Shown: piece by piece, positions 29,272 to 38,233 of the stretch
How positions within the stretch are numbered: position 1 is the stretch's first letter
How the letters are laid out: every line of letters starts with the position of its first letter
Assembly (NCBI GenBank): GCA_034440375.1
Contig: JAWXBZ010000148.1
Span: 1 to 59,030 of the forward strand
Reading direction: 5' to 3'
Source of the DNA: Candidatus Eiseniibacteriota bacterium
GTDB lineage: Bacteria > Eisenbacteria > RBG-16-71-46 > JABDJR01 > JAWXBZ01
DNA: 59,030 nucleotides
Made by a program: the position numbers and the translations under genes
The notes under the pieces: generated by a model
Database searches by the model: none
Seen by the model: only the letters and a program-made list of their open reading frames with translations
What the model was told of the DNA's origin: nothing

Positions 29272-30132
29272 CTACCGGCCAGGTTGGCCTGGCTTCAGTT
29301 CGTTATTGCCGGCCTGCGGCTGATAAGCCACCCGGACCGAATAGCCGAAATTGCCTGCATTCAGATTCGTTACCCAGACCTTCGCATAGTGATTGTCGCC
29401 CGTGAACACCGCATAGACGTGGTCGTCCAGCACTTCAACGGAATGCGAAGCATTCGGGTACGAACCCGTTCCGGCCGGCGCCTGGTCAATCTCGTCCCAG
29501 TTGGAAACGAAACCGAGATCCTGAATTAGCGCGCCGTTCTGACCGACCATCCCGGCGCGATCGCCCGCGCCCGCGTTGAATGATTGGCTGAGAAAGTCGG
29601 CGCCGGTGCTGCTCGCCGACGCGGATGGCGGATCGGTATCAACATTGACAAAACGAATGTTGCCGGTACCGTTGGTCAGCACCAGCGTGCCGGATTCCCG
29701 CCGCGGTGTGTCGGTGACGACGTTGCTCGGTCGGGAGATCTTGTCCCCGTCATCCTTGGATGCAACCACCAGAAAGCTGTAGGTGGTGCCATTGGTCAGG
29801 CCGCTGACCGTGGTGCTGAACGATCCGGCTTCCTGACTGGTTGTGAGCATGGCCACCGGGGTGGTTCCAAACGCCGCGGGAATCGATTCACCGGGCGTGG
29901 CCGACTGCGTGCCATTGGCCTGATAAATCTCGAACCCATCACGGCTCTGGTCATAATTGCTGGCCTGCCAGTGCAGGGTGACGGCGGCATTCCCCGTCAC
30001 CGAAGTGAGGCCCAGCGGGGGCCCCAGATCTTCCGGATCGGCAATTGTCGTGCCGTCATCACATCCGGCGCCCATGGAAGCCACGGAGAACGCTAGTCCG
30101 AACAAGGCAATCAGCACTCGAGATGAACGCAT
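29272..30132 (-). CDS. Fibronectin type-III domain lipoprotein
   Basis: Lipobox GAGC, PP.GL....GN..VTL.W, GLTNGTTYSF.VVA, SNVV..TPR, and C-terminal HVY...T.DNHYAK domain. Confidence 0.72.
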   Translation of the reverse strand: MRSSRVLIALFGLAFSVASMGAGCDDGTTIADPEDLGPPLGLTSVTGNAAVTLHWQASNYDQSRDGFEIYQANGTQSATPGESIPAAFGTTPVAMLTTSQEAGSFSTTVSGLTNGTTYSFLVVASKDDGDKISRPSNVVTDTPRRESGTLVLTNGTGNIRFVNVDTDPPSASASSTGADFLSQSFNAGAGDRAGMVGQNGALIQDLGFVSNWDEIDQAPAGTGSYPNASHSVEVLDDHVYAVFTGDNHYAKVWVTNLNAGNFGYSVRVAYQPQAGNNELKPGQPGR

Positions 30133-30166
30133 CTAAACCTCCTGTGGAGTGACTACTGGGGACTGA

Positions 30167-30193
30167 ATCGCGGCGAGGACATCCCGCCGCGAT
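30167..30193. terminator. 9-bp intercistronic stem-loop
   Basis: ATCGCGGCG / CGCCGCGAT between ytxH-like and the Fn3 lipoprotein gene. Confidence 0.4.
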
Positions 30194-30212
30194 CGTCAAT
30201 GAGATCCGATTA

Positions 30213-30506
30213 TCAGCTGGTGAAGGTGTCCTTCGCCTGCCGGTATGCCTGCTTGCCGTCGGCGATGACCTGGTCGACCTTGTCCGCACGTCCCCGAAGA
30301 GCCTCAGTGGCGCGATGCGCCACGTCGCTGGTCTTGGTCGAAACGGCCTCGGCGAACTCACCGATCCGCCGGCGGGTTCTCTGGCCGGACGCGGGAGCAA
30401 GGAGCAGCGCACCGGCCGCGCCAACTGCAAGACCAATTGAAAGTGCCAGCATGATGTCGGCGGACCTGCTGCTCGGGCGGTTTTCGTAGCCGGAAAATTC
30501 AGACAT
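30213..30506 (-). CDS. YtxH-like general stress protein
   Basis: GLAVGAAGALLLAPASGQRTRRRI motif. Confidence 0.85.
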   Translation of the reverse strand: MSEFSGYENRPSSRSADIMLALSIGLAVGAAGALLLAPASGQRTRRRIGEFAEAVSTKTSDVAHRATEALRGRADKVDQVIADGKQAYRQAKDTFTS

Positions 30507-30635
30507 GGTAGGTTCCCTCTCTTCTTGTTGTGTGGATTGTTAACGATCAGTGCTGGAGTAAATTAATTGCCCCCGTCGCTGATCGAATCGCGGGCATGAC
30601 GCTTGCCCATGTGAGTGGCCTGAGCAAATGGATGT

Positions 30636-30651
30636 CGCAATCTGCGTGCCA
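30636..30651 (-). promoter_or_regulatory. sigma54 -24/-12 promoter for the ytxH-Fn3-PA2779-C39 operon
   Basis: TGGCACGCAGATTGCG, a consensus match. Confidence 0.8.
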
Positions 30652-30865
30652 CTCTTGAGAACTTGTCTAACTATCGATCAGCAAAGTCTTTGGCAAATCC
30701 GGACAAATGGGAAACCAGGGCAGACTCCATCATTAAGATGTAGAGTCCGAAGAAATGGGTCGGCACAAGGTAGGAAGTATTTACCCATGGAGCCCCATTT
30801 GCCGGCAATGCGCGAGGCGCTCACCTCGGGTTGCGAGGGGCATACGGGTATGCCGGCCAGTTGAG

Positions 30866-30881
30866 TGGCATGTGAATTGCG
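30866..30881 (+). promoter_or_regulatory. sigma54 -24/-12 promoter
   Basis: TGGCATGTGAATTGCG about 50 bp before ATG 30933. Confidence 0.75.
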
Positions 30882-30932
30882 GGAAAACGGGAATCGGGAC
30901 TAATGCCTGTCTCTATCGAAAAGGAGCACGAA

Positions 30933-31103
30933 ATGTCCTTTGCACTCTATCTGCTTGGATTTGTCATCTTCACCGGGGGCGTCGCGTGGGCCCTCAACGC
31001 CGCCAAAGTTCCCGGTCTCTACATCGTCATCGCATGCACGATTCTGATTGGCCTTGGAATCATGGCGGCGGTCAGCAAAACTCGAAGCAAGGATCCGTCC
31101 TGA
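30933..31103 (+). CDS. Small two-TM membrane protein
   Basis: MSFALYLLGFVIFTGGVAWAL...GLGIMAAVSKTRSKDPS with AAGGAG RBS. Confidence 0.75.
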   Translation: MSFALYLLGFVIFTGGVAWALNAAKVPGLYIVIACTILIGLGIMAAVSKTRSKDPS

Positions 31104-31511
31104 TCAACAAGGATCTGGGTTGTCCAAGTCCCTCATCCAGTACGGCTCGCAACCGTAGTATTTGTAGAGCCGATCACCCCAGATTCTGTCGGCAAAATTG
31201 GGCCACTCAGCGTCCTTGTCAAAACCGGGAGCTATTTCGAGCATCTGCTTGTCCACGTTCAGGACGCATTTGTTCCCCGCGTCCGAGAACTCGAGAGTGC
31301 ACCAGGGAATGGCGAACAGTTTGTTCCCCCTGCCCAGCATGCCGCCCAGGGACAGAACTGCGTAGGCCAGTCGACCATCCCTGGCGTCGATCACCAGCTC
31401 ATGGATTTGGCCCAGATTCTCACCCTGTTGATTGACGACCGCCCCACCAATGAACTTTGCGGCGGGTACTACACCGTGCATGTACCGGGAGTGCCCGGTT
31501 GAGACCGACAT
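31104..31511 (-). CDS. PRC-barrel domain protein
   Basis: V.N.QGENLG.I.ELVID...G..AYAVLS.GG.LG.G.KLFAIPW...APGFDKD..WP. Confidence 0.88.
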   Translation of the reverse strand: MSVSTGHSRYMHGVVPAAKFIGGAVVNQQGENLGQIHELVIDARDGRLAYAVLSLGGMLGRGNKLFAIPWCTLEFSDAGNKCVLNVDKQMLEIAPGFDKDAEWPNFADRIWGDRLYKYYGCEPYWMRDLDNPDPC

Positions 31512-31605
31512 GCCTTGACCCCTTTCTGGAATGTTCTAGCCGAATCAATTCGGCGACTCTCTTACCGGCACTCGAACCGCCGGAGAGTGGCGGGACGTCA
31601 CAATG

Positions 31606-31860
31606 TCAGGCTGTCTTTCCCTTGTTGGCCATTGAAACAATCGCCAGGATGACGATTACAGCAAGAATGAGCGCGCCGGCAATGAGGGCCGTGGTCTGAT
31701 CTACACCGAGAATCGTGGTGCCCGACGGGCCGGCAGGGCCAGGAGCACCCTGTGGGCCGGGCGCGCCCTGCTGGCCGCTTTCCTGCGCCATCAGCGGAAC
31801 CGCGATCAAACAGGCTGCCAGGAATGACCACACGGACGCGGTCAGTCGTCGAATCATCAT
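31606..31860 (-). CDS. Small exported, membrane-anchored protein with a collagen-like repeat
   Basis: Signal peptide, seven G-X-Y triplets, C-terminal TM helix, AAGGAG RBS. Confidence 0.65.
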   Translation of the reverse strand: MMIRRLTASVWSFLAACLIAVPLMAQESGQQGAPGPQGAPGPAGPSGTTILGVDQTTALIAGALILAVIVILAIVSMANKGKTA

Positions 31861-31950
31861 GGTGTTCTCCTTTTCCTATTGCTCTCGTGGGGCACGATCA
31901 CCCCCCTGCTCCTGAAACTTGCAGGAGGCAGATATTCGCGAGTCCAACCC

Positions 31951-31966
31951 AGCAAGGAAGGTGCCA
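31951..31966 (-). promoter_or_regulatory. sigma54 -24/-12 promoter
   Basis: TGGCACCTTCCTTGCT, a perfect consensus match. Confidence 0.8.
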
Positions 31967-32186
31967 CCTTTCCTGAATCCAGAAAGGCCTCCGGCGGGTC
32001 CTTAGGAGCCCTTGAGGCGTGCGGATTTCGGGGTGTCCTGGCATGCCGCCGGTCGAACAACGTAATCCACTCCAGAAATCGGTAATTATTACCGGGTTGC
32101 CTACTGTTTCAACTTGAGATTCGAACACCCCGACCGGTGGGGGTCTCTCTGGAGGTGGAGGATCCACTGGAGGCGATTGGTAAGCG

Positions 32187-32780
32187 ATGACCCCCCGCAA
32201 AGCGGCCACCCGCCCGACAACCGACCAGCGAGAGGAAACACTGCTGGTCCTCCGCGCCCAGGTTGGTGATCGCCTCGCCCTCGATCGGCTCTTCCAACGT
32301 ATCCAGGGGCCTCTTCACGGTTATCTCCAAAGGCTCGGCGGACCGACCGTCCCGGTTGATGACCTGCTTCAGGAAACGCTGTTGCAGATTTATCGGAAGC
32401 TGGACAGCCTGCGGGCGCCGGAACTGTTCCGGCCCTGGTGCTATCGCCTGGCCACACGCCTCGCCTGGCGTTATCTGCGCCGGGAGCGGCGGTGGTCGGA
32501 TCGCATCGAATCACTGGATGCCCCGGGTGAAGCGACGTCCGTTGTTCATTCGTCCGGGGCGGCCACGCAGCCGGTCGAGCTTGCACTCGGGCGGATGGAC
32601 GACCTGCTGGAAAAGGCCTCGGCGGCCAGCCGGCCGGTGCTCATCCTTCACTACATGAACGAACTGTCAATCGTTGAAGTGGCTGAGGCGCTCAGCCTGC
32701 CGATCGGTACGGTGAAATCGCGCCTGGCATATGGACTCGCCGCGATGCGGCGGGCTCTCGGAGAGTCGAATGGTGAATGA
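32187..32780 (+). CDS. ECF sigma factor
   Basis: DDLLQET, FRPWCYRLA and EVAEALSLPIGTVKSRL. Confidence 0.9.
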   Translation: MTPRKAATRPTTDQREETLLVLRAQVGDRLALDRLFQRIQGPLHGYLQRLGGPTVPVDDLLQETLLQIYRKLDSLRAPELFRPWCYRLATRLAWRYLRRERRWSDRIESLDAPGEATSVVHSSGAATQPVELALGRMDDLLEKASAASRPVLILHYMNELSIVEVAEALSLPIGTVKSRLAYGLAAMRRALGESNGE

Positions 32781-32892
32781 ACGAAGCAAGTCGTTGAAGA
32801 ATCCTGTTTTTTGGATCGTGGGAGGCCTGTTCGTGCTCGAGGCGGCCTTCATCGCGTACGTACTCATCACCCGGTTGGCCCGCCAGGACTAG
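32770..32892 (+). CDS. 40-aa single-TM peptide
   Basis: MVNERSKSLKNPVFWIVGGLFVLEAAFIAYVLITRLARQD, overlapping the ECF stop. Below ORF-track cutoff. Confidence 0.5.
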   Translation: MVNERSKSLKNPVFWIVGGLFVLEAAFIAYVLITRLARQD

Positions 32893-32910
32893 GGGGCGTG
32901 GGAGGATTTC

Positions 32911-33198
32911 ATGTCGGACAACAACTTTGATCAGATGCGTGGTGCCGTTCTGGATCACATCGAACGGAGCGAGCGAAACATCAGGGTCGCCTTCGTGGGC
33001 GCGGCCATCCTGGAGGCGGGCTTTCTGGGAGCCTTCCTCCTGCTGGCCAACCTGCGCGATCCGCTGCAGCTGCTCCTCCTGATCTCCACGGTGGCCGTCT
33101 ACGGAATCCTGGCCCTGGGAATGCTGGCGCTCGGGAACCATGTCACCCGTTGTACCGGTCGGGTGCTGACGGCGATCGAGCTGGCGCGCAAGGAATAG
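32911..33198 (+). CDS. Two-TM membrane protein (possible anti-sigma factor)
   Basis: GGAGG RBS, two hydrophobic helices, downstream of the ECF gene. Confidence 0.65.
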   Translation: MSDNNFDQMRGAVLDHIERSERNIRVAFVGAAILEAGFLGAFLLLANLRDPLQLLLLISTVAVYGILALGMLALGNHVTRCTGRVLTAIELARKE

Positions 33199-33256
33199 CG
33201 GACTCTGGAGTGGAGCAGCAGATTTCGGGCCGAACTTGCTGCATAATCGAGTCATC

Positions 33257-34702
33257 ATGAACCCAGTAGCCACCGGCACCCCCCATCACAACTTCGGCGC
33301 GCACCAGAAGGCGCTGCTCATCAATCTCGACAAGCAGATCTACGGCACCTTTGCCGAGATCGGCGCCGGACAGGAAGTGGCCCGGTGGTTTTTTCGGGTC
33401 GGGGCCGCCTCCGATACGGTGGCCAAGACCATCTCGGCCTACGACATGCAGGTGAGTGACGCCATCTACGGGAAAAGTGAGCGTTACGTGGGCCAGCAGC
33501 GCCTCGTCACCATGCTGGATCACGAGTACGGCCTGTTGCTCGAGCGCCTCGAGTCCAAGCGCGGATCCACCACACGCTTCTTTGCCTTTGCCGAAACCGT
33601 CGCCGCGCAAAGCTATGTTCACCGTGATGAATGCCATGGCTGGATGGGTATACGCTTTCAGACGGTACCGGGCCGTGAACCCTCCCAGGTCATCATCCAT
33701 ATCCGGATGCTGGACCACGAGAACCTCGCCCAGCAGGAGGCACTCGGCATCGTCGGCGTGAATCTTGTCTACGGCGCTCACTTCTATCACGACGAGCCGG
33801 ACACCTTTATCCAGTTGCTGCTCGATGATCTCAGCCCGGCGCGGATCAGCGTGGACATGATCCAGTTCTCCGGGCCGGCCTTTTCAAAGGTTGATAACCG
33901 GCTGATGAGCCTGCAGCTCGTGCGGCTAGGGCTGACCGAGGCGGCCATGTTCACCGCGGACGGCGCGGTGGTGAACGCCGCCGACATGCTCTACAACAAA
34001 TCCATCCTGGTTGAACGGGGCAGTTTTCGTCCGGTGACAAAGGTCACTCTTGACATGCTTCACTGCGCGGAGGCGCAGTTCGTCCAGGAGCCCGGGGTGG
34101 AGGGTGACAGGCTGCTTGTCCTGATGGAGATGACGCTCAAGAACCTGACCGACGGTGGCGAGATCGATCACCAGGACTTCCTGGACCGGGTCGATATCTT
34201 GAGCACGCTGGGCAAACCGGTGCTGATTTCAAACTATGCCGAGTTTCATCGCCTGGCTGGTTACCTCTTCCACTTCACGAAAAAAAGGATCGGCATCGCC
34301 ATGGGTGTGTCGACATTACGCGAGATTTTTGACGAGAAGTACTACGCCGACCTGGAAGGCGGCATCCTGGAATCGTTCGGGCGCCTGTTCAAGAACGATC
34401 TGAAACTCTACATCTATCCGGCCCGGGATCATGCGACCGGTGCCCTCATTACGGCCGGAAACCTCCGGGTGGCCCCAAACCTCAGCCACCTCTATTCCCA
34501 TCTCCACGAGAATCGCCACATCGAAGGATTGAAGGACATTGACGAAAGGTGCCTGAGCCTCTTTTCGCGCTCGGCGCTGGCCAAGATAAAAGCCGGCGAT
34601 CCCTCCTGGGAGGAGATGGTGCCAATGGAGGTGGCGGCGATCATCAAGGAACGGCGCCTGCTCGGGTGTCGGGGAAACGATGAGGGGGCGACGTCGTCCT
34701 GA
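33257..34702 (+). CDS. Nicotinate-nucleotide adenylyltransferase-like conserved protein (family often mislabelled TonB-dependent receptor)
   Basis: KAL.INL...YGTFAEIGAGQEVAR.FF..G, SAYDM..SDAIYG, RGSFRPVT and GGILESFG.LF. Confidence 0.75.
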   Translation: MNPVATGTPHHNFGAHQKALLINLDKQIYGTFAEIGAGQEVARWFFRVGAASDTVAKTISAYDMQVSDAIYGKSERYVGQQRLVTMLDHEYGLLLERLESKRGSTTRFFAFAETVAAQSYVHRDECHGWMGIRFQTVPGREPSQVIIHIRMLDHENLAQQEALGIVGVNLVYGAHFYHDEPDTFIQLLLDDLSPARISVDMIQFSGPAFSKVDNRLMSLQLVRLGLTEAAMFTADGAVVNAADMLYNKSILVERGSFRPVTKVTLDMLHCAEAQFVQEPGVEGDRLLVLMEMTLKNLTDGGEIDHQDFLDRVDILSTLGKPVLISNYAEFHRLAGYLFHFTKKRIGIAMGVSTLREIFDEKYYADLEGGILESFGRLFKNDLKLYIYPARDHATGALITAGNLRVAPNLSHLYSHLHENRHIEGLKDIDERCLSLFSRSALAKIKAGDPSWEEMVPMEVAAIIKERRLLGCRGNDEGATSS

Positions 34703-34724
34703 TTCAGCTCGCACCCTGGGCAGC

Positions 34725-36995
34725 TTAGGAGCGCGTCACCCGGGCCACCAGCGCCGGAAACCTGGGATCGCCCCGCAGCGCGGCCAGCGAGGGATCGATC
34801 TTGATCGCAACCAGCCAGTGCGCCCGCTCCTCAAAAGCATCCTCCAGCGCCTGGAAAGCGGCATCCGGCTCACCCAGCGCCACGTAAACCTGGGCACGAT
34901 AGTAGGCGCTGGCGTAGCGGTGGGCCGATTGCGCTTCGATGTCCGCCATCAGCGCCATGGCTTCCGATTTTCGTCCGGCCAGTGCATGCGCGGTGGCCAG
35001 GGCCGCAACAATCTGAGGTGTGTCACCCAGCAATTCGATTCCGCGCAAGAGCGCCGCCACGGCCTCGGCGTCCCGGCCGGTCCGTGCAAGAGCCAGCCCC
35101 CTCCAGTAGTAGAGCGGCCCGAAACCGGGGATCAGCTCCCGCACATCGTCAAATCGTTGGATGGCCTCGTCGAAACGCCCGCCCAGGTAGGGAAACCAGC
35201 CGGCAAACGCGATCGCCACATTGGAGAGCGGGTCAAGCGTCCTGGCCAATTGAGCTTCTGTCTCCGCCTCATCCATCCGGCCGTTCACGACAAACGAATT
35301 GGCAAACCAGAGGTGTGCCTGAGAGTACTTCGGGTTCAATTCGATGGAACGACGAAAAAGCCGCTCGGATTCCGCAAAATTCCAGTCGTGCCACAGGGTG
35401 CAATAAGCCAGGGATGTCAGGGCCTCGGCGCTCGAAGGGTTGATTTCCATGGCCCGGCGCGCGGCGGCCCTGGCCCGCGGAAAGGCATCCCGTGGCGGAA
35501 GGGCCGTCATGAAGCCCATCAGGTTGTATGCGTCCGAGACACCCACGTGAGCGAGAACGAATGTCGGATCGAGCCGGACGGCCTCTTCAAATCCGGCCAG
35601 CCCCTTTCGGAGGTCCTCCTCGGTGCGACGCTCGATGAAGTAGCGCCCCTTGAGATAGGCCTCGTACGCATCCGGTGTCACCGCCCGGGCGTCCTTGAGG
35701 CGTGTTTCCTCCTGAGGTGTCACGCTGACCTTGATTTCGGCCACGATCGCGGCCGCCACGTCACCCTGCAGCGCGAGCACTTCCGTCATATCGCGCTCAT
35801 AGGACTGGGCCCAGAGGTGGCGCTCGGTCGATGCATCGATGAGCTGTGCCGTAATCCGGACCCGGTCACCCGCCCGGCGCACCGACCCTTCGACGACGGC
35901 ATCCACGTTGAGTTCGCGCGCGATCTCGGTGATCGACTTCCGCTGCCCCTTGTATCGCATGACCGACGTCCGCGAGATGATCCGGAGCGCCCGCACCTGG
36001 GCCAGGCAGGCGATGAGCTCCTCCGTCATGCCATCCGAAAAATATTCCTGAGAGGGATCGCCGGACAGATTTTCGAGCGGCAGCACCGCAATCGACGTGA
36101 CGCGGCGGCCCGTCACGGTGGTCATGGTCGCGGTCTCGCCCGACTCGATCGCGTCGGGCGCGGCCAGCCGGCGGAGTTCGCCCAATAGTTCATCCGCGGT
36201 CTGGTATCGCTTCGGACGCTCGCGGTCCATGGCCCGAAGGATCACTGCCTCCGTCCGCCCCAAAAGGGACGGTTCATGCGTTCGGGGCGACACCGGCGTG
36301 CCGTGCAGGATGTCGTTTGCCAGCGCCGTCGACAGGGCCCCGCGAAACGGTCGATGCCCGGTGGTCAGTTCGTAGAGCACCACACCGAGCGCGTAAAGGT
36401 CGGCGCGCGCATCGACCGGCTCACCGAGGAGCTGTTCGGGCGCCATGTAGGCCAGGGTTCCGGTGGCGGTGCCCACCTGGGTCAGGGCCATGCTCCGGGT
36501 CTCCTCGCTTGGTGGAGCCACGATCTTTGCCAGCCCGAAGTCGAGCACCTTCACGCGCCCCTTGGGCGTCACCATGATGTTGCCCGGCTTGAGATCCCGG
36601 TGGAGCACGCCCCGCTCGTGCGCCTCGACCAGCGCCTCGGCCACCTGGGCGCCGATGGCGGCGGCCTCGCGCTCCGGCACGCGGCCCCGCTCCACTCGCG
36701 CTGCCAGTGTTTCCCCCGGAACGAATTCGAGCACGATGTAATCCAACTGGCCGTCGTCCCCAAGATCCAGGACCATTTCGATATTCGGGTGGTTGAGGCG
36801 CGAGAGCGCCACCGCCTCGCGCCGAAAGCGGGCCCGGGCCTCGCGGTCGCCACGGAGAAGATCGGGCAGCACCTTGATGGCGACCTCGCGCCCCAGTCGT
36901 GTGTCGCGGGCGCGGTACACCTCACCCATGCCGCCGGCTCCGAGCAGTACGGCGATCTCATACGGGCCGAGGCGGGTTCCAGGATTTAGCGGCAT
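34725..36995 (-). CDS. Hanks-type Ser/Thr kinase with TolB-N-like and TPR domains
   Basis: GAGGMGEVY, VAIK, HRDLKPGN, DFG, APE, then SIAVLPLENLS and TPRs. Confidence 0.93.
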   Translation of the reverse strand: MPLNPGTRLGPYEIAVLLGAGGMGEVYRARDTRLGREVAIKVLPDLLRGDREARARFRREAVALSRLNHPNIEMVLDLGDDGQLDYIVLEFVPGETLAARVERGRVPEREAAAIGAQVAEALVEAHERGVLHRDLKPGNIMVTPKGRVKVLDFGLAKIVAPPSEETRSMALTQVGTATGTLAYMAPEQLLGEPVDARADLYALGVVLYELTTGHRPFRGALSTALANDILHGTPVSPRTHEPSLLGRTEAVILRAMDRERPKRYQTADELLGELRRLAAPDAIESGETATMTTVTGRRVTSIAVLPLENLSGDPSQEYFSDGMTEELIACLAQVRALRIISRTSVMRYKGQRKSITEIARELNVDAVVEGSVRRAGDRVRITAQLIDASTERHLWAQSYERDMTEVLALQGDVAAAIVAEIKVSVTPQEETRLKDARAVTPDAYEAYLKGRYFIERRTEEDLRKGLAGFEEAVRLDPTFVLAHVGVSDAYNLMGFMTALPPRDAFPRARAAARRAMEINPSSAEALTSLAYCTLWHDWNFAESERLFRRSIELNPKYSQAHLWFANSFVVNGRMDEAETEAQLARTLDPLSNVAIAFAGWFPYLGGRFDEAIQRFDDVRELIPGFGPLYYWRGLALARTGRDAEAVAALLRGIELLGDTPQIVAALATAHALAGRKSEAMALMADIEAQSAHRYASAYYRAQVYVALGEPDAAFQALEDAFEERAHWLVAIKIDPSLAALRGDPRFPALVARVTRS

Positions 36996-37119
36996 TCGGG
37001 GATTCTACGTCATGTCGGGGCAACGCCAGAGTCGTCCGAACCAAGTACACTCGCCGGGCTTCTGAAATCCGATTCGCATCTCTCCATGACAGCTCCGTCG
37101 TTGTCCGAGGTACTCCAGA

Positions 37120-37818
37120 ATGAGCGTCAGCCCCGATTTCCGCGACTACATTCTGGAGCAACTCAATCGCCTCACTCCGACAACCGCCCGCGCCATGTTT
37201 GGCGGTGCCGGGCTGTATGCGGGGGGCCAGATCTTCGGTCTGCTCGACGATGACACGCTCTATTTCAAGACCAACGCTGATACGCGCGCCGACTTCGAGG
37301 CCGTCGGTTCCCGCCCGTTCCAGCCATTCGGACCGGAAACGAAACCGATGGGCTACTTCGAAGTTCCTGCCGATGCCATCGAGGATCCGGAAAAGCTTCG
37401 TCCCTGGCTCGACCGTGCGCTGGCGGCGTCGATCAAGGCCGGGAGCCGGAAGTCACCGAAGGCCGAGCGCGAGGCTGCATCGTCCTCACGCAAACATGGC
37501 ACCCTCAGTGTCAGCGAAACGATCACCATCACCGTACCGCTCCCGCGGCTCTTCGATGCCTGGACCAGCACCGCCGCGCGACGCCTCTGGCTTCATGTGC
37601 CCAGCGTCACCACCCGCCGCGCCAATCCCAGAAAATCCATCCGCCTCAACTGGAACGACGGCTCGTCCAGCGCGCTCGCCGAATTCACGACCCTGGCCGG
37701 CGGACGTTGCGTCATCACCGTCGAGCATGGTGGAATCCAGCGTCCAGCCCAGGCTGCCGAGATCGCGGCCATCTGGACCGCGTCGCTGAAGCGGTTAAAG
37801 ACCCGGTTGGAGCGCTAG
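37120..37818 (+). CDS. TfoX N-terminal domain fused to an SRPBCC-like domain
   Basis: RAMFGGAGLY...LYFK...PMGYFEVP, then SETITI.VP..RLFDAW...ITVEH. Confidence 0.78.
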   Translation: MSVSPDFRDYILEQLNRLTPTTARAMFGGAGLYAGGQIFGLLDDDTLYFKTNADTRADFEAVGSRPFQPFGPETKPMGYFEVPADAIEDPEKLRPWLDRALAASIKAGSRKSPKAEREAASSSRKHGTLSVSETITITVPLPRLFDAWTSTAARRLWLHVPSVTTRRANPRKSIRLNWNDGSSSALAEFTTLAGGRCVITVEHGGIQRPAQAAEIAAIWTASLKRLKTRLER

Positions 37819-37982
37819 AGGGTTCCTGAAGCCACATCTTCCGTACCCAGGTCATTCTTGCCGCATTTTTCGGTCAACTTGATTGACGTGACTTCTAGTT
37901 AATCACGTGATCGACCTCCCTGCTCCTTGTCAGGACTCCTCAACGTACTGCTAACACACGTCTTATGAGTAATGACGCGGAC

Positions 37983-37998
37983 AGGCCCATGGCTTGCA
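37983..37998 (+). promoter_or_regulatory. sigma54 -24/-12 promoter
   Basis: AGGCCCATGGCTTGCA (GG-N10-GC) upstream of the 38063 ORF. Confidence 0.55.
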
Positions 37999-38062
37999 AG
38001 AGTCAAGTGAAGGTGTCTGATGACAGACACGAGGTCCCGCAGGCCGAAAGAGGGTGAGGAAC

Positions 38063-38233
38063 ATGGAAGACTGGCTCAAGCTCTGGCACGCACAGATCAA
38101 GTATCTGGAGGCTCGGACGAAAAGTGCCGGCTCTCAGGCCAGCTTCAACCTCTACCAGAGAATCGACGAGATCAAGGCCATGTGCGCGGTCCTGGAAGCA
38201 CGGCTTGAAAATTTGAATACTGTCAGAACCTGA
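38063..38233 (+). CDS. Small coiled-coil protein, paralog of 22460-22687
   Basis: Not in the ORF track. MEDWLKLWHAQIKYLEARTKSAGSQASFNLYQRIDEIKAMCAVLEARLENLNTVRT. Confidence 0.6.
   Translation: MEDWLKLWHAQIKYLEARTKSAGSQASFNLYQRIDEIKAMCAVLEARLENLNTVRT

Noticed and set aside
30592-30607. Plus-strand GG-N10-GC motif GGGCATGACGCTTGCC
   Set aside because: No convincing gene follows within range, and it lies in the leader of the opposite operon. Left uncalled.
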